DNA from: a virus
Virus record (IMG/VR): IMGVR_UViG_3300036852_000741
Coordinates: 41,352 to 105,351 of that record
Length of the DNA: 64,000 bases
Reading direction: 5' to 3' (one strand)
Part shown: in pieces, positions 49,799 to 58,313 of the stretch
Layout: every line of letters starts with the position of its first letter
How positions within the stretch are numbered: position 1 is the first letter of the stretch
The notes under the pieces: model-generated
Database searches by the model: none
What the model was told of the DNA's origin: nothing
The model's input: the letters and a program-made list of their open reading frames with translations, nothing else
Program-made: the position numbers and the translations under genes

Positions 49799-50046
49799 TT
49801 CTTCGGGGTGCGGTCTCGGTCGCCGTAGAGTGGCCCGTGGCGCCGTAGCGCTGCTGCCGCGGCGTGGATGGCGTCGCGGACTTCGATGACGCTGGCGTAG
49901 GCCAGCACCTTGATCGGGCCGAGCCGTCCGGGACGGCGGCCGACGGCTTCTGCCAGCGCATTCAGGGCAGCTTCGGCGGCGGCCAGGGCTCGTACCGCCG
50001 CGCGGTAGAGGTGGACGACCTCGCCTCGTCCGCCGGACGCCATCAC
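49795..50046 (-). CDS. Small reverse-strand protein
   Basis: Fills the gap exactly, with a convergent stop overlap; minus-strand TAGACT -10 at 50054-50059. Confidence 0.5.
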   Translation of the reverse strand: MMASGGRGEVVHLYRAAVRALAAAEAALNALAEAVGRRPGRLGPIKVLAYASVIEVRDAIHAAAAALRRHGPLYGDRDRTPKN

Positions 50047-50065
50047 CCACCCGAGTCTAGGACGG

Positions 50066-50119
50066 GATCACAACGTGAGCCCAGCGGGGGTTGGATGTGC
50101 TCACGATGTGCGCTATACT
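50066..50119. promoter_or_regulatory. Divergent promoter region with two operator copies
   Basis: GATCACAACGTGAGC (50066-50080) and GTGCTCACGATGTGCGCTATACT (50097-50119), then CCGACCAAGGAG. Confidence 0.75.
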
Positions 50120-50160
50120 CCTGGTGCGACGCAGTGTCGCGATCCCGACCAAGGAGAGGC

Positions 50161-51705
50161 ATGACCGCCAAGGCCGTCTATGAGCGCCAGGAAGCGCTCC
50201 TCCGCGCACGCCACGATGTGGGTGCGGCGTTTGAGGCGGTCTGGTACGCGCTGGAGCCCGGTGCGCGCGAGCGCACCGACGCGAACGCCCACCCCGATGT
50301 GGTGGCCGCACGCGAGCGCGCCGAGGCCCTGGGTCGTGAGGTTGTTGGCTTGCACGAGGCGATCGGGGGGAAGGTCTACCGCGTTGTCACGGTGAAGCTC
50401 GCCGAGCTTGAGGAGCGCATCGCCAGGCTCAACAAGAAGGCCGCCAAGCTCGGCACCGGCGCGATCACCCTCACGGTGACCGACGAGCGCGAGGAGGTTG
50501 TCCGCAAGGTTCCCCGCACGCTCGACCAGGAGGTCATCGACATCTACGGGGTCGAGGCCACCCACCGCGAGGAGGTCGTCACCTATGTCTACGTCATCCT
50601 CGCGGGCGAGACGCCGATGGTCCCCGGCTTCGTCTTCATGGCGACGCTGGACCACACCGCTTCGCAGGGTCACGAGGATGAGGCGGTTGGCATTCGCCGC
50701 GTTCCCGCGCTGCGCCACCACGCGCTGAGCGCGGAGGCCATCGAGGCGATCGACGCCGCCGACCTCGCCGCCTACCGCCACGTCGAGAACAAGTGCGACC
50801 ACTGCGGCTACGTCCGCCAGCGCCTCCAGACCTACCTCCTCTACGAGGTCGAGGGCGGCGCGATCCGCCAGGTCGGCTCGACCTGCCTGCGCGACTACAC
50901 CGGTGCCAACTCGCCCGAGAGGGTCGCCGCGTGGGCCGAGTGGCTCGCGGCGCTCGATCACGACCTCACGGCCGGCGAAGACGGCTTCGGGGACGTGGAG
51001 TTCGGCGGTGGCCGGGTCGCGATCGGCACCACGTTCTACCTGGCGCACGTCGCAGCGGTCATGCGCGAGAGCGGCTGGCGGGCGCGCTGGGCGCGCGATG
51101 AGTACAGCGGTGAGTCGGTGCGCCAGCAGGGCACCGCCGATTGGGCGCACAGCAACATTGCCAACTACGGCAAGAGCGGGCGGCGCGGCGAGTCTCTGTT
51201 CGTGGAGGTCACCGACACCGAGTGGGCCGAGGCTGCCGAGGCGCTGGAGTGGGTCCGCGAGGACCTCGGGGAGCGCGAGGAACTCGATGAGTTCCAGCAC
51301 AACCTGGTCACCTACTGCCGCTCGGATTACCTGCCCGAGAAGGGCGACGGGTTTGTGGCCTACGCGGTCATGGCGCTGCGTCGCGAGCGTGAGAAGGCGC
51401 TGCTCGCCGAGAAGGCGGCGGGCTCCGAGTGGATCGGCGCGGTCAAGGAGCGCATCAAGGCGCTGACCTTCACGGTCACCTTCGTCAAGCCTTTCGAGGG
51501 CCACTACGGGACGCGGTTCCTGACCAAGGGCTACACGCCCGAGGGCAACCTGATCCTCTGGTGGGCGGGCCGCGAACTGGAGGCCGGCAAGACCTACACC
51601 GGGTCGGCCACCATCAAGAAGCTGACCACGGATAGCTACAGCGCCGACGCGAAGGTGAGTGAGGTCACCAACGTGCGTGGCATCAAGGAGGCGGTGCCGG
51701 CATGA
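50161..51705 (+). CDS. Phage protein with Zn finger and C-terminal OB-fold-like domain
   Basis: CDHCG..R.R..Y...QVGSTCL.DY; C-terminal WIG.VKER...YG..F...GN...W...TIK. ATG at 50161 follows AAGGAG. Confidence 0.65.
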   Translation: MTAKAVYERQEALLRARHDVGAAFEAVWYALEPGARERTDANAHPDVVAARERAEALGREVVGLHEAIGGKVYRVVTVKLAELEERIARLNKKAAKLGTGAITLTVTDEREEVVRKVPRTLDQEVIDIYGVEATHREEVVTYVYVILAGETPMVPGFVFMATLDHTASQGHEDEAVGIRRVPALRHHALSAEAIEAIDAADLAAYRHVENKCDHCGYVRQRLQTYLLYEVEGGAIRQVGSTCLRDYTGANSPERVAAWAEWLAALDHDLTAGEDGFGDVEFGGGRVAIGTTFYLAHVAAVMRESGWRARWARDEYSGESVRQQGTADWAHSNIANYGKSGRRGESLFVEVTDTEWAEAAEALEWVREDLGEREELDEFQHNLVTYCRSDYLPEKGDGFVAYAVMALRREREKALLAEKAAGSEWIGAVKERIKALTFTVTFVKPFEGHYGTRFLTKGYTPEGNLILWWAGRELEAGKTYTGSATIKKLTTDSYSADAKVSEVTNVRGIKEAVPA

Positions 51706-52109
51706 GCGACATCGAGGTCACCTTCGACTGGGACGAGGGGGACCGTAGCGTCGGGCTATTTCCGGGCTGGGGCGAGGAGACCGGCGCCGTGGTGCGCATG
51801 GGCGACCTCACTGTCGGCTTCGTGTTTATCGTGGCGGAGACCAAGCCGGTGGCGGAGTGGGTACTCGATGACGTGTGGGTACGGCACGCTCAGCGTCAGA
51901 CCATGCTGGCCGACGCTCCGCCGATCGCTCGACACGGCGCCGAGAGAACGCTGCTGGGCGAGCTACCCGACGTGTGCGCGGCGGTAGCCAGGGAGTGGGA
52001 GCGCATCGGCGCCGAGCGTGAGGCGGCGGCCGAGGCTGAGGCCGAGGCGTGGGCGGAGCAGGAGCGCTGGCTGCGAGAGGTCGAGGCCGAGGAGCGCGAG
52101 CAAGCCTAG
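51702..52109 (+). CDS. Hypothetical protein
   Basis: ATGA-coupled; acidic. Confidence 0.6.
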   Translation: MSDIEVTFDWDEGDRSVGLFPGWGEETGAVVRMGDLTVGFVFIVAETKPVAEWVLDDVWVRHAQRQTMLADAPPIARHGAERTLLGELPDVCAAVAREWERIGAEREAAAEAEAEAWAEQERWLREVEAEEREQA

Positions 52110-52152
52110 AAGTGGTGTAGCGGAGTCCGGGCGCGCCGGTAGCGTCCGATCG

Positions 52153-52194
52153 GCTCCCGCTCGTGCCGCCTCTACCTCCCGTGCGGGCGGGAGC
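52153..52194 (+). terminator. Stem-loop, possible intrinsic terminator
   Basis: GCTCCCGCTCGTGC...GTGCGGGCGGGAGC, a 14-bp stem with G-U pairs and no U tract. Confidence 0.4.
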
Positions 52195-52276
52195 ACCCAC
52201 GTGTATGCCTTTCGCCATGAAGTGGGCTGAACTCTGATGTAGGGCGCGCCCAGGGCTGGGCTTACCATCCGGCTCA

Positions 52277-53548
52277 ATGACTGCCACCGCGACAGCGGAC
52301 GCGCCAGCCGAAGTGCTGGAGCTTCACGAAGGCGCGTCTGCCTCACCGACCGGCATCCAGGACGACGGGCGCGTCCTGGTCCACGTCATCCGGCCCTGCG
52401 TTGGCCGGGGACGCGGACGCCATCTTTACACCGCCGAGATGCTGAGCGAGAACGCCCAGAAGTTCGTCGGCTGGCCGATGTATGTGGACCACCTCTCCCC
52501 CGAGGCCCGTCGCGCGGCCGGCGGCCTGCCGCGCTCCCTGCGCGATGTGGGCGGAGTGATCGAGGAGTCCTGGTGGGACGAGACCGTTCCTGCCGACCCC
52601 GCGCGCGGCTACGGCGCGGGAGCCATTGTCGCCCATGCGCGTCCGTTCGGTCTGGCCAAGAAGCTCATCGAGCACGACCCCCGGCTGGTCGAGGCGTCCA
52701 TCAGTGCCAATGCGACCGGCGTCAAGCCGACGACTCACAACGGTCAGCGGGTGTGGCTGGTCGAGGGCATCGAGGACACCGGCAGCGTGGACTGGGTGAC
52801 GCAGGCTGGCGCGGGCGGTCGGGTCGTGTCACTCATGGAGTCGTTGTACGACAGCGACTCTGAGGACCTGCTCTCCGACATGGGGGACGAGGAGTTCCTC
52901 GCATACCTGGACCGCGAGCGCCCGCACCTACGCGAGGCGCTCCAGGCCGACGACAACGCCGATGAAGGAGGCGACATGGGAGAGGTCACTCCCGAAGTGC
53001 TCCAGGAGGCTCTCCGGTCGGAGGCCACCCAGGAGGTCATCCGCAGTCTCGTCAACGATGGAATCGAGGAGCGCCTTCCGGCGCTTGTCGAGGCGGCGGT
53101 GGCCAAGGAGCGCGACCTCATCCGCGCCGAGGCTGAGGCCGCGTCTGATCGCAAGGTCGATCTGCGGGACTTCCGCGAGGAGGCCCACCGAATCATCGCG
53201 GAGGCCAAGCTCCCGGACTCCTGGAAGGCGAGCCTGCGCTCTCGCTTCGACCTCACCGAGGGCGGGCAGCCCACCCCGGCGCTGGACGTGATCGACCAGG
53301 TGGACGACGACGGCAACGTCACGAAGTCCGCCCGGCAGGTCCTGCGTGAGGCGGTCGCCGAGGCGGTCGCCGAGCAGCGCAAGCTCCTGATGGAGGCCAG
53401 GCCCACCCGCGTGACGGGGCAGGGCCCGGCGAAGCCCACTGGTGGCGAGCAGGAAGGCGAGGCCGACAAGAAGTACGACGGCACGCTGACCGCCTCGCTG
53501 CTTCAGGAGGCCGGCATCGACCCCGAGACGGCCTGGGCCAAGGTCTGA
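52277..53548 (+). CDS. Capsid maturation protease / scaffold
   Basis: MYVDH, EASISANA, SVDWVTQAGAGGRV; acidic helical C-terminus; upstream of the capsid genes. Confidence 0.8.
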   Translation: MTATATADAPAEVLELHEGASASPTGIQDDGRVLVHVIRPCVGRGRGRHLYTAEMLSENAQKFVGWPMYVDHLSPEARRAAGGLPRSLRDVGGVIEESWWDETVPADPARGYGAGAIVAHARPFGLAKKLIEHDPRLVEASISANATGVKPTTHNGQRVWLVEGIEDTGSVDWVTQAGAGGRVVSLMESLYDSDSEDLLSDMGDEEFLAYLDRERPHLREALQADDNADEGGDMGEVTPEVLQEALRSEATQEVIRSLVNDGIEERLPALVEAAVAKERDLIRAEAEAASDRKVDLRDFREEAHRIIAEAKLPDSWKASLRSRFDLTEGGQPTPALDVIDQVDDDGNVTKSARQVLREAVAEAVAEQRKLLMEARPTRVTGQGPAKPTGGEQEGEADKKYDGTLTASLLQEAGIDPETAWAKV

Positions 53549-53566
53549 TCGAAAGGAGCTAACGAG

Positions 53567-53944
53567 ATGCCTTACGAACGTCCAGGCCAGGGCTACTACG
53601 CCACCGCCACCAAGGCCCTCACCCACGGGGACCCGTGCACCGAAGATGGAGTGGTCGGTGTCGCGATCAAGCAGAAGGCTCCGGCGTGGGATGCCGGCCT
53701 TGCGGATCAGGACGCCATCGCCATCGGCGAGGCGTTCCACATCCGCACCAAGGGCATTCACCAGGTGGCGTTCGTGACCGGCGCCGCCAAGGGTGACCCC
53801 ATCTACATCGTCGCGGCCGACAACACGCTGACCGAGACGGCCAGCGGCAACATCAAGTTCGGCCGCGTGGTCGAAATCGAGGGCCAGCGTGGCACGCCCA
53901 CCGGCTTTATGCGGGTGGACCTCGATCTGAAGGACGGCTTCTGA
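53567..53944 (+). CDS. Capsid decoration/cement protein (DUF2190-like)
   Basis: 125 aa between protease and MCP; GVVGVA...AKGDPIY. Confidence 0.7.
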   Translation: MPYERPGQGYYATATKALTHGDPCTEDGVVGVAIKQKAPAWDAGLADQDAIAIGEAFHIRTKGIHQVAFVTGAAKGDPIYIVAADNTLTETASGNIKFGRVVEIEGQRGTPTGFMRVDLDLKDGF

Positions 53945-54041
53945 TCGCGATGGGCCGCTCGTACCTGTTCTCACTGACGGGCCTGCGCTGTGCAGGCGGC
54001 GGCTGCCCCGCCGGACCCACCTTCAAGGAGGTGAACCCCTG

Positions 54042-55091
54042 ATGTACGGACCCTACGGGGAGTTCGGGAAGCCCATTCGCCTCCTGGAGGCGTACAAGGA
54101 ATGGCGTGACCTGCGCCTGGAGGAGGCCGACTCCAAGGCCGACTTCCCGTCGTTCCTCATGGGACCGGTGACGCAGAGCCTGTGGCATGGCTACTCGCGG
54201 GCGCAGTCGCAGTACCGCCGCTACACCCGCGTCGAGAACGTCCAGGACTTCCGCGAGCGTCGTCTGCGCGGCCTGAACGGGCTCAGCGGGATCGGCTACG
54301 TCGGCGACCACGGCGAGTACCCGGGCATGAAGCGGACCGAGCGCCCGACCGCCACTCTGGTGATCGACACCTACGGCGGCGTGTACTCGATCACGCGGCA
54401 AGCGATCCGCAACGACGACACGAATGAACTGCTCAACCGCAACCCCGCCGACATGGGCTACGCGGCCGGGCTGTTCGTCCTGGAGACGATCGTCGCGCTG
54501 ATCGAGTCCAACCCGACGGCGCCCGACGGCGCCGCGATGTACTCGACCGGCCGCGGCAACCAGACGACCTCTGCGCTTGCCGAGGACTCGCTGGCCACCG
54601 CCGTCGGTGCGATGGAGGACCAGCTTGACGACGACGGCCGGCGCATCCATGTCACGCCCGCCGTCCTCGTCGTCAAGAACGCCCGGATGCAGTTGATCGC
54701 CAACCGCATCCTCAACTCGCAGTTCACGGGTACCCAGGCCACGTACACGGGCGCGGCGGGCGCCGGGACCGCGGTGTTCGACAAGGGCACCGTCAACCCG
54801 CTGGCGGGCATCCTGCCGGCCAACGGCGTGGTCCGCGACCCGTTCTTCTCGGACCCCAACGACTGGTACATGTTCGCCGACCCCAACGACGTGCCGGCGT
54901 TCGCCGTCGGCTTCCTCGATGGGCGCGAGGAGCCGTTCGTCGGGCTCAAGGACCCGATGGTGCGGGCGGCGCTGGGCGCCGGGACGGACCCGTACTCGTT
55001 CGAGTTGGACGCGATCGACCTCAAGGTCAGGTTCGACTTCGGGTCCGCTCCGGTCGACCCGAGAGGCACGTATCGGGGAGTGGTGGCGTGA
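54042..55091 (+). CDS. Major capsid protein (Mu gpT-like)
   Basis: ADFPSFL, V.DFR, TYGGVYSITRQAIRNDD, GFLDGREEP, KVRFDFG..D.RG. Confidence 0.9.
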   Translation: MYGPYGEFGKPIRLLEAYKEWRDLRLEEADSKADFPSFLMGPVTQSLWHGYSRAQSQYRRYTRVENVQDFRERRLRGLNGLSGIGYVGDHGEYPGMKRTERPTATLVIDTYGGVYSITRQAIRNDDTNELLNRNPADMGYAAGLFVLETIVALIESNPTAPDGAAMYSTGRGNQTTSALAEDSLATAVGAMEDQLDDDGRRIHVTPAVLVVKNARMQLIANRILNSQFTGTQATYTGAAGAGTAVFDKGTVNPLAGILPANGVVRDPFFSDPNDWYMFADPNDVPAFAVGFLDGREEPFVGLKDPMVRAALGAGTDPYSFELDAIDLKVRFDFGSAPVDPRGTYRGVVA

Positions 55092-55465
55092 TGGCACGTG
55101 GAAATGACAGCCAGGCGGCAGCGGCCGAGTTCCGTGGCCAGTATGGGGTGACGGGTAACGCCGAGAACCTGATCGAGGCCAACCGGGCCGCCTACCCGGC
55201 GGAACTGCGCACTGCATCGCTCCAGGGCCTGGACGAGGAGGCGACCGCAAAACTGCGTGAGGACCTCAGCAAGGTGCAGTCCAAGGTCGAGGGCGGGACG
55301 GTGCTCGATGTGGCGGTGCGCGGTAAGAACATCATCGCGGTGGTCGAAACCGAAGCCGGCTACACCTACAAGCAGGTGATCCCGGTAGAGGAGGGCGCGA
55401 GCGCCTCGACGGAGACCAAGACGACCACGCAGGCCAAGACCACCACCACGGCGCCGAAGGAGTAG
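55088..55465 (+). CDS. Hypothetical head-module protein
   Basis: Coupled to the MCP stop. Confidence 0.6.
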   Translation: MMARGNDSQAAAAEFRGQYGVTGNAENLIEANRAAYPAELRTASLQGLDEEATAKLREDLSKVQSKVEGGTVLDVAVRGKNIIAVVETEAGYTYKQVIPVEEGASASTETKTTTQAKTTTTAPKE

Positions 55466-55558
55466 GCGTGGGACTTCGGGTGCCGACCCGGACGCGGAGG
55501 TCGGGCAGGGGACGCTGAGCGACCGCCCCTCCTGTCCCGGCCTCCGTCGTAGGAGGCC

Positions 55559-56098
55559 ATGATGGACCCGATCACCGCCGAACGCATCCGTCAGATCAGT
55601 CAGTCGCCCCTGGATGAGCAGGGCTACGCTGAGGCCGACCCCGACCCCCTGGACGCCCTGCTGCTGCCGGCGGCCTCGCGCTTCGTCCTGGACATGACGG
55701 GCTGGAAGGAGTACGGCGCCGTCCCTGCCGAGAAGGCGCCGCTGGTGGAGTTGGCGATCCGCCTGGCGGTGGAGATGACGGTGGCGCAGTCCACGCCCGA
55801 GTACCTGGAGGGCCTGTCGGACTTCGACCTCATCTCCAGCTTCTCGGCGGGCAGCTACTCCGAGACGCGGCGCTCGCCCGAGGATGCGGCCAAGGCCAAG
55901 ATGCTCGCGGCCTGGCCGCCGCTCAACGCGGCGCTGGTGGCGGGGATGACCGACGAGATGCGCGAGTGGTACTGGGCGTGGCTGAGCGGCAAGGCGGTCC
56001 CGGACTTCGCGGTCAGCGAGGTGGACTGGTCGGGCTGGGGCTGCGTCTCGCCGTGGGGCTGGTCTGACCCGATGTACGCCTGGAGCCGGGAGTGGTAG
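55559..56098 (+). CDS. Head-tail adaptor
   Basis: Position; SFSAGSYSET motif typical of adaptors. Confidence 0.6.
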   Translation: MMDPITAERIRQISQSPLDEQGYAEADPDPLDALLLPAASRFVLDMTGWKEYGAVPAEKAPLVELAIRLAVEMTVAQSTPEYLEGLSDFDLISSFSAGSYSETRRSPEDAAKAKMLAAWPPLNAALVAGMTDEMREWYWAWLSGKAVPDFAVSEVDWSGWGCVSPWGWSDPMYAWSREW

Positions 56099-56515
56099 AT
56101 GGCGCTGGGTGCCGTTTTGGTCGATCGCGCGCGCATTCTGCGCCGGGCCCCCGCGCCGGTGCGGGTCGAGGGGCGCACCCAGTTCACCACGGTGACGGGC
56201 GCCTGGTTTCGCTGCCGACTGGACCTGCGCTCGCGTAGCGAGGGCCGCGAGCCCGAGTCGGGCTTCCCGCGGGTGGTCGAGCAGCCGTCGCTGATGTTCG
56301 GCGTGCGCGACACCGAGGGCCGTACGGTGGACCTGGCGGCCAGCGACCGCCTGGAGGTGGTCTCCCCGCAGCTTGGCCGGGCGCTGTGGCAGGCGCAGGG
56401 CGACCCCATACCCATGCGCAAACGGCGGCGCGTCATCGGCTGGGAGGCCACGATCAAGCGCGTCGAGGAGCACGCGTTTGACGAGACGGGCGCGATGGCC
56501 GGCGGCACGGGCTGA
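56099..56515 (+). CDS. Head closure/stopper protein
   Basis: Position and size; beta-rich. Confidence 0.55.
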   Translation: MALGAVLVDRARILRRAPAPVRVEGRTQFTTVTGAWFRCRLDLRSRSEGREPESGFPRVVEQPSLMFGVRDTEGRTVDLAASDRLEVVSPQLGRALWQAQGDPIPMRKRRRVIGWEATIKRVEEHAFDETGAMAGGTG

Positions 56516-57084
56516 TGGGCTTCGAGTATGTCAGTCGGGTTCACCTTCCCGACCTTTTTGCACCGGAGCCGGTGCATCGGGCGCTGCGCCAGATGGCCCG
56601 CCACGGCGGCGATCGCATGGTCGACTTCACGATCATCAACACTCCGATCGACACGGGCAACCTGCGTACGTCGTGGCGCCAGAAGCCGGTGACGGTGGCC
56701 TACACGTCACGCGGCGGTTTGGTCTATGAGAGCGGCGTGGAGACCGACGTGGAGTACGCGCCCTACGTCGAGCACGGCACCGGCCTGTTCGGGCCGCAGC
56801 ACCGCAAGTACCTCATCCGCGCCAAAGGCAAGGCGGCCGGCGGCGCCGACTACCTGCGCTTCGTGGTCGGTGGTGAGGTCGTCTACGCCAAGGAGGTCTG
56901 GCATCCGGGCTCGCCGGGCGCGCACATGGTGGCGATCGCGGCCACTATGGTCGAGGCGCAGCTAGATGTGATCTTGCGCCCGGTTCTGGAGGTCTGGCGC
57001 CGGGAGCAGGAGCGCGGAGATGTCGGTGTGCGGCTGCGCTCGGCGGTGGACTTCCCCGGGTCACTGGGGAGGTACCCGGGATGA
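56515..57084 (+). CDS. HK97 gp10-like neck/tail completion protein
   Basis: TPIDTGNLRTSW, VEYAPYVEHGT, VWHPG. Confidence 0.8.
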   Translation: MGFEYVSRVHLPDLFAPEPVHRALRQMARHGGDRMVDFTIINTPIDTGNLRTSWRQKPVTVAYTSRGGLVYESGVETDVEYAPYVEHGTGLFGPQHRKYLIRAKGKAAGGADYLRFVVGGEVVYAKEVWHPGSPGAHMVAIAATMVEAQLDVILRPVLEVWRREQERGDVGVRLRSAVDFPGSLGRYPG

Positions 57085-57944
57085 TCCGCACGGCCGAGGA
57101 CGTGCTGCGCTCGCTGGCCAAGTATCTGGCGGAGGCCGTGCTCATCGACTGGGAGGTGCGACTCGCGATCGAGGAGGGCACCTTTCGCCGGCCGTTTTGC
57201 CGGGTGGGCCTGGCGGGCCCGCAGGCGTTCACGGGCCCGGCGGTGCACACCGATGTGCTCGCGCCGTTTGCGGCACACCTGTTCCCCGTCGAGCAGTCCG
57301 CCCCGGAGGAGGCGCTGCTGGTGGCGCTGCGCGTCCAGGAGTTGCTCTACCAGGGCTTTCGGGTTGGCGGCGGCACGCTCGGCGCGCCGGGGCAGCCTCT
57401 GGCCACCGCCACGGCGGGCAGCCTGGCCGCCGGCAGCTACCGCTATGTGGTGACGGCGACGCGCCGCGGGGGCGGTGAGTCGGTGGCGTCCAGCCCGGTC
57501 TCACTCACGCTCGCTGACGTGGGCGGGGTGGCGCTGACCTGGCCGGCGCTGGGTGGTGCAGACGGCTACCGCATCTACCGGGGGCCGGCGGGTGCCGAGC
57601 GCCTGCTGGCGGCGGTGGGTGCGGCGTTGGCGTTCACCGACGATGGGACGCGTACGGCACATTCGACGGCGGCGCCTCCCAGCGCTGGGACAGCGACGGT
57701 GGGGGCGCCGATGCGGGTCCCTCTGTATGACAGTGCGGGAATGCCCCTGAGCAGTCCGGCGAGTGTTCGGGGGCCCAACGATTTTGCCCGCGTCAACGAC
57801 CTGTCGGTCGGGCTTGCGGTGGACCCCGAGGACGAGCGCAAAGTGGTTGTCACCGCCGACATCAGACTGGCCTGGCGGCGGCGCGGCCGGGTGCCCACGG
57901 CAACCCAGACACTGGCGGCCGTGAGGGCCGCAGGAACGGTCTAG
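57081..57944 (+). CDS. Tail terminator-like protein with inserted Fn3-like domain
   Basis: Position before the sheath; insert YRYVVTA..GES..LTW..GYRIYRG..FTDDG. Confidence 0.55.
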   Translation: MIRTAEDVLRSLAKYLAEAVLIDWEVRLAIEEGTFRRPFCRVGLAGPQAFTGPAVHTDVLAPFAAHLFPVEQSAPEEALLVALRVQELLYQGFRVGGGTLGAPGQPLATATAGSLAAGSYRYVVTATRRGGGESVASSPVSLTLADVGGVALTWPALGGADGYRIYRGPAGAERLLAAVGAALAFTDDGTRTAHSTAAPPSAGTATVGAPMRVPLYDSAGMPLSSPASVRGPNDFARVNDLSVGLAVDPEDERKVVVTADIRLAWRRRGRVPTATQTLAAVRAAGTV

Positions 57945-58050
57945 GTCCGTATGTCGGGGCGCGCTGGGGGTGCCGTACCCTCTCTGCCAAGGAGGCTTCC
58001 GACGATTCGCGACCGAGCCGTGACCCAGGACTGGAGTGGAAGGAGACTCT

Positions 58051-58296
58051 GTGGCTGAGGAGCAGAAGGACCAGCAGTCCGAGACGGCTCAGACGCGGCC
58101 GAAGGCGGGCCGCGCCTCCTCCGACGAGGAGACGTTCCCCGTCGGGCGCCTCTTGGACGACGCCCCGGCACTGCTCGGCCACCCGTCCCACGTGCTGGCG
58201 GGCGCCCTGGATCACGCGGGCATCACCAAGGACAACCTGACCACCGACGAGGCTCGTGAGGCGATCGACAGTTTTCTCGCCCACGAGGTCGCCTAG
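58051..58296 (+). CDS. Small pre-sheath protein
   Basis: AAGGAG RBS; typical small gene before a sheath. Confidence 0.6.
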   Translation: MAEEQKDQQSETAQTRPKAGRASSDEETFPVGRLLDDAPALLGHPSHVLAGALDHAGITKDNLTTDEAREAIDSFLAHEVA

Positions 58297-58313
58297 CAGC
58301 GAGGTGATCTGAC

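Noticed and set aside
49864-50160. N-terminal extensions given by the ORF track (also at 2516, 13024, 30118, 60510)
   Set aside because: They run across promoter/operator elements or neighbouring genes; downstream starts have better RBSs or coupling.
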